Assembly: GCA_020854755.1 (NCBI GenBank)
Contig: JAHKLN010000011.1
Location: 2,131 to 66,130 of the forward strand
Direction: 5' to 3'
Length of the DNA: 64,000 nt
From: Methanomicrobiaceae archaeon
GTDB taxonomy: Archaea > Halobacteriota > Methanomicrobia > Methanomicrobiales > Methanoculleaceae
Shown here: in pieces, positions 38,810 to 46,629 of the stretch
Numbering within the stretch: the first letter of the stretch is position 1
How the letters are laid out: every line of letters starts with the position of its first letter
Notes under the pieces: generated by a model
Seen by the model: the letters and a program-made list of their open reading frames with translations, nothing else
The model's database searches: none
What the model was told of the DNA's origin: nothing
Translations under genes and position numbers: made by a program

Positions 38810-39130
38810 TCAAGATCCCCTGACCCGCAGCTGGGTCATAAACACCGAAACACCCGTGCCGTTCGGGACGCATGTCGCCTGGCTGTCCTGGAGGAGCACG
38901 GGCTGCCCCCCGGCACGCACCCGGAGCGCAGCCGAGATCCACTGGGCGGTCACGCAGGGCTGCGGACCGGCGGCAGTTGCAAACGGGCAGCCCGCGATTG
39001 TATGCGGGTACGGCTGGGTGACGACCGGCTGCCCCGCGACCCGCACCCGGGGATTGCCCGCCGTCGCCTGCGCCTGGCCGCCGTGGAGGCAGAGGACGGT
39101 TGCACCGATATGCAGCAGGAATCCCGGCAT
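38810..39130 (-). CDS. PAAR-like spike-tip protein
   Basis: Internal ATG 39130 of ORF 38810..39658 overlaps the spike-gene stop by 1 nt. 106 aa, MPGFLLHIGATVLCLHGGQAQATAGNPRVRVAGQPV...RVRAGGQPVLL with PAAR/DUF4280-like repeats. Lies between the spike and gp25 genes. Confidence 0.65.
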   Translation of the reverse strand: MPGFLLHIGATVLCLHGGQAQATAGNPRVRVAGQPVVTQPYPHTIAGCPFATAAGPQPCVTAQWISAALRVRAGGQPVLLQDSQATCVPNGTGVSVFMTQLRVRGS

Positions 39131-39615
39131 CACAGCACCTCCAGCGCACCGTCGTTCACCGATACCTGGGGGCCGGTGAGCTTGAGGGAGGCGCCCATGC
39201 CGTTTGTAATCTCGATACCTGCAACACCGATCTCGATCTTCATGCCGGTCGCCGTCTCGATCGTGATGCTGCCGATTCCCGGGAGGTCGTTGATGGCGAC
39301 GGTGACCTGCTCGGTCTTGATCACCTTCATGTCCGGGACGGCAGGCATCGCAGGGGCTTCCCCGAGCCCCCAGAAGCAGCCGCTCCAGATCGGGTAGTCC
39401 GGATCCCCGTCTTCGAACTCGACCCAGATATTCGCCCCCACCGGGGGGATGGCGAAGATGCCGACCCCCGGCCCGGCGTACGGCACGCAGGGCATCGCCC
39501 AGCTCAGCCGTCCCTCGCCGAGGACGCCCGGAACGCTCACCTGCAGTCTCCCCTGGAGATGGGGATCCAGATTGCTCTCCACTTTTCCGCGATATTTTCC
39601 GAAATACTCTGTCAT
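39130..39615 (-). CDS. gpV / gp5 OB-fold central spike protein
   Basis: YRGKVESNLDPHLQGRLQVSVPGVLG...MPCVPYAGPGVGIFAIPPVGANIWVEFEDGDPDYPIWSGCFW. Confidence 0.9.
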   Translation of the reverse strand: MTEYFGKYRGKVESNLDPHLQGRLQVSVPGVLGEGRLSWAMPCVPYAGPGVGIFAIPPVGANIWVEFEDGDPDYPIWSGCFWGLGEAPAMPAVPDMKVIKTEQVTVAINDLPGIGSITIETATGMKIEIGVAGIEITNGMGASLKLTGPQVSVNDGALEVL

Positions 39616-40751
39616 GTCCGCACCACCGGAATCGTCGTCCCGAGCCCCTCCCTGGCAAGCAAAAACCGCTGCTTGCAGGAACCGCGGGTGATGGTATGGG
39701 TCACCTGGCTCACGTAGTACAGTCCGTCGTGCAGGGCGCCCGCCCCTCGCAGCCCCACGAGCCCCCGCGGCGAAAGCAGGCTGCCGTAGCGCACGGTGTC
39801 GACCTCGCCGCTTGCGGTGACGACACGGTCCATGGATCGATCGGTCTCGGCCTGGGCCCGGGCCATCGCCTGCGGGAAGTTCAATCCCTGCTGGCGAAGC
39901 CGGGTGGACCGGATATGCCTCCGGTGGATTGCCCAGTCCGGCAGGCTCGCGAGCGGGATTCTCGTGCTTGCAAACGTCTGCACCGGAAACACCTGGTTTG
40001 TCGTCCGGTCCTGCACCCGCCCCGACACCATCTCTGCTTCCAGGGCGTTATGCTGGAACGATATGGAGTCGACGTTGGAGTGGGTGCCCATATTCACCGA
40101 GAGCGCGGGCTGCGGGATCCCGGCCCGGATCGGAGGCCCCCAGTAGCAGGTGTTGGTAAACGGCGCCGGTCCCGGGGTGATGTAGCAGACGTAGGCGTGG
40201 CGGGCCGCAAGTGCCTGCAGGTACCGGAGATCAGTCGTCTGCTGGACGGGAATCCGCTCCGTGGGGAGCGGGGGGTCGATGAAGACCGGCGGGAAGACGG
40301 CGGGAATGAGGCCGTACTCCGGGTAGCTGCCGATGATCCGGTAGGCGATCAGCGTCTCGTCCAGGCCCGGATGCTCGACGGACTTCTCCTCCCGGTCGAG
40401 CATCAGGCTGATGTCCTCGCCGGTGAGGGTCAGCAGGAGCGATCCCGGCTGCCCTCCCGGCTCGAGATCCTGGCTGGTGATGATGCCGTCCATCGGCGCG
40501 TGCGGCATCCCGTTGATGATGATCGTCAGGATGATGCGGTTGAAGACCGAGAAGAGCGGGCTTGCCGCGAGCGCTGCCGCCGCAACGCCCGCAGGTGCGT
40601 TCCCCTCCACCCGGAACGCAAGCGAGAATCCCGATCGCCCCTGGTCCCGGTGCGTCACCTCGATCCGCTCCAGGGCATCGATGATCGGCCCGGGCACGGG
40701 CGCCGGAATCGTCGGTCCGATCATCAGCTGGACATGTATACCCTGGAGCAT
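39612..40751 (-). CDS. baseplate hub, phage late-control gpD / gp27-like
   Basis: 379 aa, with C-terminal GLYYVSQVTHTITRGSCKQRFLLAREG. Sits immediately upstream of the spike gene with an ATGA overlap. The family call is tentative. Confidence 0.65.
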   Translation of the reverse strand: MLQGIHVQLMIGPTIPAPVPGPIIDALERIEVTHRDQGRSGFSLAFRVEGNAPAGVAAAALAASPLFSVFNRIILTIIINGMPHAPMDGIITSQDLEPGGQPGSLLLTLTGEDISLMLDREEKSVEHPGLDETLIAYRIIGSYPEYGLIPAVFPPVFIDPPLPTERIPVQQTTDLRYLQALAARHAYVCYITPGPAPFTNTCYWGPPIRAGIPQPALSVNMGTHSNVDSISFQHNALEAEMVSGRVQDRTTNQVFPVQTFASTRIPLASLPDWAIHRRHIRSTRLRQQGLNFPQAMARAQAETDRSMDRVVTASGEVDTVRYGSLLSPRGLVGLRGAGALHDGLYYVSQVTHTITRGSCKQRFLLAREGLGTTIPVVRT

Positions 40752-40755
40752 CGTT

Positions 40756-41055
40756 TCACCCTTCAGGCTGCGGGACGGGCACCCGGAGCACCCTTCCGGC
40801 CTCGGCGGTCAGTTCGAGCGGGTGCATGGCATCGTTCGCATCGCAGATGCGCCAGAACATCGTCGGGTCTCCGAGCGTCCGGGCTGCGATCAGGTCGAGG
40901 CGGTCCCCCTGCTGGACGCGGACCTCGGCCAGGAGGGGGAGATCCCCGCTCCCGGGCAGGAAGCGCCTGGGCATATAGGAGCATTCCCGCCCGTCGCGTG
41001 CGGTGAACCGGAGCGGTTTCTGGTGGGCGTACCGGCTTGTATACTCGAACATCAT
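40756..41055 (-). CDS. LysM-like / phage tail protein X-like
   Basis: 99 aa. VQQGDRLDLIAARTLGDPTMFWRICDANDAMHPLELTAEAGRVLRVP shows a LysM-type pattern. Confidence 0.7.
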   Translation of the reverse strand: MMFEYTSRYAHQKPLRFTARDGRECSYMPRRFLPGSGDLPLLAEVRVQQGDRLDLIAARTLGDPTMFWRICDANDAMHPLELTAEAGRVLRVPVPQPEG

Positions 41056-41064
41056 CTGCGCCTT

Positions 41065-41715
41065 CTAGAGGATCCTGCTCATACCCGCCGCATCAAGGCC
41101 GGTGGGAATGCCTATTCTGGCCATGGTCTCCTTGCCGATCTGGTGGGCGATGAAGAGGGCGTGCCCCGGATGCGACGGCATGAGATCGTTGTAGCTCAGC
41201 ACCCGGAGGCCGAGGGTTACCCTGGCCCGGATCGGGTTGAGATGTACGTCGTGCGCCTCTTCGGTCACCCTGAACTCGGTCACCTGAACGGGGAGGATGC
41301 GCATGGGCCCGTAGATGAAGAGGGTGAAGGCAGCCGGCGGGGGCACGACCTCGATGATCCCCATCTCCATGAGGGCAATGTTTGCAAGCACCCTGCTGCT
41401 CTGCGGATAGAGGAGCACCTCGAGCGCCGCGAGCTGGGGGTGGATGCCCATGCCGGTCGCGAGGACGTCAGCCTTTTCCAGCTGATCCGTGGCGTCGATC
41501 TCCAGCTCGAGGCTGATCGTCTCGACCGGCGCCCCCTTCAACCGGAGGGCCGACGTCCGTTCCCCGCCCTCTCCTCCGGCCGTCTGCGCCTGCAGCGTCC
41601 GCGTGAGCGTATCGGGGTTATACTGAAAGACTATCACGCTGGGTGTGGGGCTGGGCAGATCGAAGGACACAAGCGCCCCTTTGAGAAGCCTTGGGGAACC
41701 GGGAAATGTCGTCAC
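41065..41715 (-). CDS. conserved tail protein with tube-adaptor/initiator-like N-terminus (Afp5/Afp7 class, tentative)
   Basis: GTG start with GGGG ~10 nt upstream. LLKGALVSFDL...VIVFQYNPDTLTRTL. First gene after a ~300-bp gap. Confidence 0.7.
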   Translation of the reverse strand: MTTFPGSPRLLKGALVSFDLPSPTPSVIVFQYNPDTLTRTLQAQTAGGEGGERTSALRLKGAPVETISLELEIDATDQLEKADVLATGMGIHPQLAALEVLLYPQSSRVLANIALMEMGIIEVVPPPAAFTLFIYGPMRILPVQVTEFRVTEEAHDVHLNPIRARVTLGLRVLSYNDLMPSHPGHALFIAHQIGKETMARIGIPTGLDAAGMSRIL

Positions 41716-42012
41716 TACATATAACCCCTTTGTATATCAGTAAAGAAGGTGCATCAGGAATAAAGGTTTTTGGTTGATTGTTTCTGCTTCCTGTGGAATC
41801 TTCGCGTCTCTGCATCGTCTGTTGTCAGTCGATGCATGATCCGGTGCTTCTCCGGGCGGGATCTTCACCGGTCTCCCTGCAGCCTCCGGCCTCGTGAGCC
41901 GCTCCATGCAGGCGGTCGATCCTGCCGGGGGAAGAGGGTGAGCCGATCCTTTATGGACCGGCAGGCAGGCCTCCCGGCAGAGGAACGCCTGCATCACCGT
42001 GCACCGGAGAGG

Positions 42013-42939
42013 CTACTGCTCTTCGTAATAGCCTCCCGATCCGGCCTTTGGTACCGAACTGCGGCTGGCGGGCGAGCTCGGGATGACATTCCCCGCCCCG
42101 TCAAGCACCCTGAGTTGACCGGCGTCCAGGCGTCTCTGGCAGCACAGGTCGCAGTCCGATCCGCCGCAGGCGCGCCCCTCTGCATTGTTATGCAGATCCA
42201 TCTTATTCTCATTGGCAGGCCCGTCGCCATGGCGTTCGTGGCCGGTGGCGATGGTCTCTGCCTGGTCGGCGCCAATTTCAGCCGTCATCGTGCAGTTCCA
42301 GTAACAATGCCGCCAGGCGTCTGCGGGCCCGTTATGCAGCCCCGGCAGTCCCGTCGCTCTGGCTCGTACCAGGGCGCGATCGGCAAGCCGGCTTGCCTTG
42401 TAGGCATCCCAGGGGCCGACTCCCAGGACAGCGCTCCACATCTCGCCCAGACCGGCGCGGGCGATCTGCAGCCCGGAGGGCGTCACCCTGGGGGGCTCCA
42501 CCCGCCCGTGCAGCACCTGTCTGGCTGCGGCGATGGCCTCACGTTCGTACAGGTCTCCTTCCTGGCCGCCACTGCCGGCGCTCTGCTGCATCGCGTGGGT
42601 CAACTCATGGGCGAGTAGTTGTCGCCCTTCGCCTGTTTCCGGGGCGTACTGCCCGGTCCCGAAGACCAGGTCCCGTCCCACCGTGTACGCCTTCGCATTC
42701 ACCGCTCGCGCCGACTCCGCGGCTTTTGCGCCAGTATGCACCCGCACCCGGGCAAAATCGTGGTTGAATCCCGATTCCATGAACTCCCGCGTCCTCCGGT
42801 CCAGCGGCTGCCCGGGCGAGCGCAGCACCTCGTGCACGATCGGCGGGATATGGCCGGCATCGCGGCGCTGCAGGATGCCGGCCCGGGAGGGCGTGATAGA
42901 GGATGCCGCCGCCGCAGCCTGGTGGTGTTTCATGGTCAT
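42013..42939 (-). CDS. DUF4157 (HExxH zincin-like) protein with unknown Cys/His-rich C-terminal domain; candidate eCIS payload
   Basis: PIVHEVLRSPGQPLDRRTREFMESGFNHDFARVRVHTGAKAAESARAVNAKAYTVGRDLVF...LLAHELTHAMQQ. The C-terminal part has ADAWRHCYWNC, HERHGDG, MDLHNNAEGR and CGGSDCDLCC. Confidence 0.85.
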   Translation of the reverse strand: MTMKHHQAAAAASSITPSRAGILQRRDAGHIPPIVHEVLRSPGQPLDRRTREFMESGFNHDFARVRVHTGAKAAESARAVNAKAYTVGRDLVFGTGQYAPETGEGRQLLAHELTHAMQQSAGSGGQEGDLYEREAIAAARQVLHGRVEPPRVTPSGLQIARAGLGEMWSAVLGVGPWDAYKASRLADRALVRARATGLPGLHNGPADAWRHCYWNCTMTAEIGADQAETIATGHERHGDGPANENKMDLHNNAEGRACGGSDCDLCCQRRLDAGQLRVLDGAGNVIPSSPASRSSVPKAGSGGYYEEQ

Positions 42940-42947
42940 TGAGAACC

Positions 42948-44327
42948 TCAGCGTGCGTACCTGCTGTTGATCATCCTGCGCAGTCCTCGCTCGCCGCCCA
43001 GCCGGAACGTGGGATCTTGCTCGTAGAGGAACCGGAAGATGCGTTCCCGTGCACGCTGCTCGACCTGCTGGTTTAACAGCGCCGTGCGCTTCTGGAGTTC
43101 GGGTCCCCAGCTGTCAATAGGCTGGTAGAGTAGGACTTCCGGTGCCATGCGGCGATACTGGTCGCGAAACTCCGTGCGCCGCAGAAACTCAATCTCCATC
43201 TGAATGGCCCGCCGAACGCTCTGTTCGGACGGCGTCAGCTCGCGGCGAATGGCGCGGCGCAGGTGCTCGAAGGCGGTGCAGCTGATCCCGAAACACGTCC
43301 GCTCTTCTCTGGGCCGTCTGTCTTCCGGTGCCGCACTGATGGTTGCTTGCGGGCGCTGCCGCCGGGGCGCCGGCAATGGCGTGGGGGCAGGCTTCGGGGT
43401 GGGCGCCGGTGGCGGTGCCATGCGGTGGGCGACGACGCTGCGGCGGTCCGCACGCGCGCCGGGCGTTGCACCGTGCTTGAAGATGCCGGCGATCCGGGCC
43501 GGAAAGACACTCGCGTTCTCCAGCACGCTTCTCGCTCTGAGCGCCCGCAGGCAGGAGAGATGTTCGTTGAAATCGGCCGGCCCGTCTTCGCTTGCAAACC
43601 CGTGAATCGTCACGGAGTCGCCGGGCTGAAGCCGACCGGCAAAACTGCGCAGCCGTGCTTCTTCGCCGGCGAGAAAATCGTCGCAGTTCACGGCGAACCG
43701 GAAGAGCTCCTCGCTGCTTGTACCGACGTCGGTGATGTCGCCGCACATGCCCTCACAGCCCGCGACGGGGCGCATGCCGGATGGCCTGTAGCATGCCCGC
43801 TGGAGCGGCGCCGGGGCATTGCCGCACCGCCCGGCACTGGAGCGGCCATCGGCCGACCCCGACGCGATCTGATCGGCCTCGTGCTCGTACCGGCTCTCGC
43901 ACGGCTCTATCCTGAGGTCTCCTGGCGTGCGTACGCCGCCCTGCTGCACCACGTGAGCCAGTTCGTGCATCAGCAGCGCTCTTCCTTCCGCCATATCCGG
44001 CGCAAATCGGCCGGCGTCAAAGACGATGTCGCGGCCGACCGTATACGCCAGCGCGTTGACCGCCCGCGCCGATTCCGCCGCCTTTGCATCCGCGTGCACC
44101 CGCACCCGGGAAAAGTCGTGGCCGAACCGGGGCTCCATATCGGCGCGGGTGGCCGGGTCGAGAGGCCGCCCCGTGGAGCGCAGCACTTCATGCACGATCG
44201 GCGGCGCCATCTCCTGCGTGGACCTCAGAGCCGAACGCTGCAGGGCCGGCATCTTTTGAGAACAATCGCATATCCGCTGCAGGACTCCGCCGGCCTGTTC
44301 TGCCTGAGCAGCAGCCATCTGTCTCAT
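42948..44327 (-). CDS. DUF4157 (HExxH zincin-like) protein with OmpA-C-like domain and basic helical tail; candidate eCIS payload
   Basis: PIVHEVLRSTGRPLDPATRADMEPRFGHDFSRVRVHADAKAAESARAVNALAYTVGRDIVF...LLMHELAHVVQQ. The middle region VTIHGFASEDGPADFNEHLSCLRALRARSVL is OmpA/MotB-like. A PAPTPKPAPTPLPAP linker follows. Confidence 0.85.
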   Translation of the reverse strand: MRQMAAAQAEQAGGVLQRICDCSQKMPALQRSALRSTQEMAPPIVHEVLRSTGRPLDPATRADMEPRFGHDFSRVRVHADAKAAESARAVNALAYTVGRDIVFDAGRFAPDMAEGRALLMHELAHVVQQGGVRTPGDLRIEPCESRYEHEADQIASGSADGRSSAGRCGNAPAPLQRACYRPSGMRPVAGCEGMCGDITDVGTSSEELFRFAVNCDDFLAGEEARLRSFAGRLQPGDSVTIHGFASEDGPADFNEHLSCLRALRARSVLENASVFPARIAGIFKHGATPGARADRRSVVAHRMAPPPAPTPKPAPTPLPAPRRQRPQATISAAPEDRRPREERTCFGISCTAFEHLRRAIRRELTPSEQSVRRAIQMEIEFLRRTEFRDQYRRMAPEVLLYQPIDSWGPELQKRTALLNQQVEQRARERIFRFLYEQDPTFRLGGERGLRRMINSRYAR

Positions 44328-44581
44328 CTCCCTATCCCTCCGTATACTGCCTGTGCGATTCGGGTGCCGAGATTGCAGGGGTCGTTTCCGCCCTCCAGCC
44401 GGATCGTCCCCCCGGGCACGCGTGGCCGTGCGCCCCCCGGGGCGAGATCGGCGGAGAGCCCGCCGGCGGCCAGCATCCGCGCCAGCTTGCCCTCCACCGC
44501 CGCCTGCAGGAGCGGGCGCTCGCTGTAAGGGATATCGATCCCGTCCAGCACCAGGCGCTCGATATGTACCGTGATCTTCAT
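44324..44581 (-). CDS. small conserved eCIS-associated protein (85 aa)
   Basis: Start at ATG 44581 (MKITVHIERLVLDGIDIPY...). ATGA overlaps on both sides, with the ATPase stop and the DUF4157 start. Confidence 0.6.
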   Translation of the reverse strand: MKITVHIERLVLDGIDIPYSERPLLQAAVEGKLARMLAAGGLSADLAPGGARPRVPGGTIRLEGGNDPCNLGTRIAQAVYGGIGR

Positions 44582-46629
44582 GCGTCTCCTCCTTTCTTCG
44601 CCGCCTCCGTCCACCGGAAGTCGGCCTCGTTGATCGGGCGCTCCATCTTCCGGAACTCGGCCCTTGCCGCCTGAAGCACGAGCGGCATGGTCACCGGGGT
44701 GCCTGCCTCTGCCGCAAGGAAGGCGGCGTTGAGGGCGGTGTTGTGGATGCTCCCACCGGTCAGGTTCAGCCGGGCCAGCCGGTCGATCTCCAGCCCCTCG
44801 GTCTCTGTCTCGGGTGGAAAGACCCTCTCCCAGATGCGCCTGCGTTCGGGCTGCCCCGGGAAGGGGAAGGCGACGATGAACCTGAGCCTGCGGAGGAAGG
44901 CGGGGTCGAGCGATGACTTCATGTTCGTCGCCAGGATCGCAAGCCCCCTATACGCCTCGATCCGCTGCAGCAGGTAGTTGATCTCGATATTCGCATAGCG
45001 GTCGTGGCTGTCCTTCACCTCGCTGCGTTTGCCGAAGAGGGCATCGGCTTCGTCGAAGAAGAGGATCGCCCCTCCGTCCTCCGCCGCGTCGAAGAGCCGC
45101 CGCAGGTTCTTCTCCGTCTCACCGATATACTTGTTGACCACGGCGGAGAGGTCAATGCGGTACAGATCAAGGCCGAGATCGTTGGCGATCACCTCTGCGG
45201 CCATGGTCTTGCCGGTACCGCTCTCCCCTGCAAAGAGTGCGCTGATCCCGAGCCCGCGGTTCATCCGGTGCCGAAATCCCCACTCGTCGTAGACAGTGCT
45301 TCGCCGCCTCACCTGGTCGGCGATCCGGCGGAGCAGTGACTGTTGCTCCTCGGGAAGGACGAGATCCTCCCATCGGGCCTTCGGATCGATCCGCCGTGCA
45401 AGCTGCTCTATCCCCGGCCGGGTTCTCTCCAGGCATGCCGACCACAGCCCGTCATGGAGGCCGGTATCGCCGTCGTCCGCCCCGTCGAGCACCGGGCCTG
45501 CGATCTGCCGGATCGCCTGAAGGTTCAGGTTGAACTGGCCGGCGAGGAGTGCCGGGCTCTCTTTGCCCCTCTCTCCGAGCGCCGCAGCCCACGCAGCCTT
45601 CTGTTCGGCCGGTGTCGGTCGCTCGATGTCCAGGATCAGGGTGGTGCGATCGAGATCCGGCCTGACCTCCCGGGTGTCGATCAGGGCAGGGCCTCCGTAC
45701 AGCAGGAGAAAACGTTCGAGCGTAGCGTTCTGTGCCTCGCCGGCCGTTCCCGGTTCACCCTCCAGGCCGGCGTCGAGGTAGAGTGCTATCGGCACAAGCA
45801 GGCTCTCGCGCTGCCAGAGACGGGCCAGCATATCGAGGTCGGCCGCCTGGGAAGGCAGCAATGCAACGGGGATACGGGTGATCCGGATGCCGGCGCTCAA
45901 TACGGCGTGGTGCGTCACGGCCTGCTTGCTCACCGTATCAGGACCGACGAGCTGGACAAGAGTCGGCCTTCCGGAATCGCCCTCCCCCTGCAGATGCCGT
46001 CGAATGCGTTCGGCTGCGGCGAACTGGCTCGGGGAGAGCGCTTCCGGTTCGGCGTATGCCGTATCGAACGGGACGGTGAACGGGATCAGCCGGTTGTCGA
46101 GCCTGTTATGCCCCTTGATGAAATGCACAACCCGCTCGTCGGCCTGCAGGGCGCTGGCGGTCAGGGGAAGGGCCGCCTGCTGGTGGCATTCGATCAGGCG
46201 GTAGTAGCGCAGCGGGCGTTCCGGCAGGAGCGCATCCCAGGAACGATCCTCAAACAACGCGAGCGCCAGGGCAAACGTCGGGTAGGGCCTTCCGGGGTCG
46301 TCCTGCGCCCGGGCGCAGAGCCCGGAAATCCTGGTATCGAGCTCCATGGCGGCGCAGAGCAGGAGCACCTCCTGCTCGAACCGGGAGAGCCCGAACTGCC
46401 GGGCAAGGAGGGTCAGCGCCGGAGAAGGAAGCGCCGCTTCGGCGGCGGCCATGGCTTCCGCGGCACGGGCGATTGCTTCGCCCGAAGGGAGGCGCCCTTC
46501 GGGCGATCCCCCTGCCTGCGGTTCGTCCGGGCCGCCGGCTGCGAACCGCTGCAGGAGGAGGCGAAGCCAGGCTAATGCCGCGGCGAGGTACTCCTCGTTG
46601 TTCTCTTCCCACTCTTCGTATGGACTCAT
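44578..46629 (-). CDS. AAA+ ATPase (Afp15-like)
   Basis: Walker A GESGTGKTMAAE, Walker B ILFFDEADALF, sensor LAILATN, and a ~400-aa non-ATPase N-terminal region. Confidence 0.95.
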   Translation of the reverse strand: MSPYEEWEENNEEYLAAALAWLRLLLQRFAAGGPDEPQAGGSPEGRLPSGEAIARAAEAMAAAEAALPSPALTLLARQFGLSRFEQEVLLLCAAMELDTRISGLCARAQDDPGRPYPTFALALALFEDRSWDALLPERPLRYYRLIECHQQAALPLTASALQADERVVHFIKGHNRLDNRLIPFTVPFDTAYAEPEALSPSQFAAAERIRRHLQGEGDSGRPTLVQLVGPDTVSKQAVTHHAVLSAGIRITRIPVALLPSQAADLDMLARLWQRESLLVPIALYLDAGLEGEPGTAGEAQNATLERFLLLYGGPALIDTREVRPDLDRTTLILDIERPTPAEQKAAWAAALGERGKESPALLAGQFNLNLQAIRQIAGPVLDGADDGDTGLHDGLWSACLERTRPGIEQLARRIDPKARWEDLVLPEEQQSLLRRIADQVRRRSTVYDEWGFRHRMNRGLGISALFAGESGTGKTMAAEVIANDLGLDLYRIDLSAVVNKYIGETEKNLRRLFDAAEDGGAILFFDEADALFGKRSEVKDSHDRYANIEINYLLQRIEAYRGLAILATNMKSSLDPAFLRRLRFIVAFPFPGQPERRRIWERVFPPETETEGLEIDRLARLNLTGGSIHNTALNAAFLAAEAGTPVTMPLVLQAARAEFRKMERPINEADFRWTEAAKKGGDA

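Noticed and set aside
41737-41997. 86-aa minus-strand ORF in the gap after the second DUF4157 gene, considered as a possible immunity gene
   Set aside because: No RBS, implausible composition and no hydrophobic or recognisable motif. It is more likely non-coding spacer. It should be re-examined if homologous loci conserve it.
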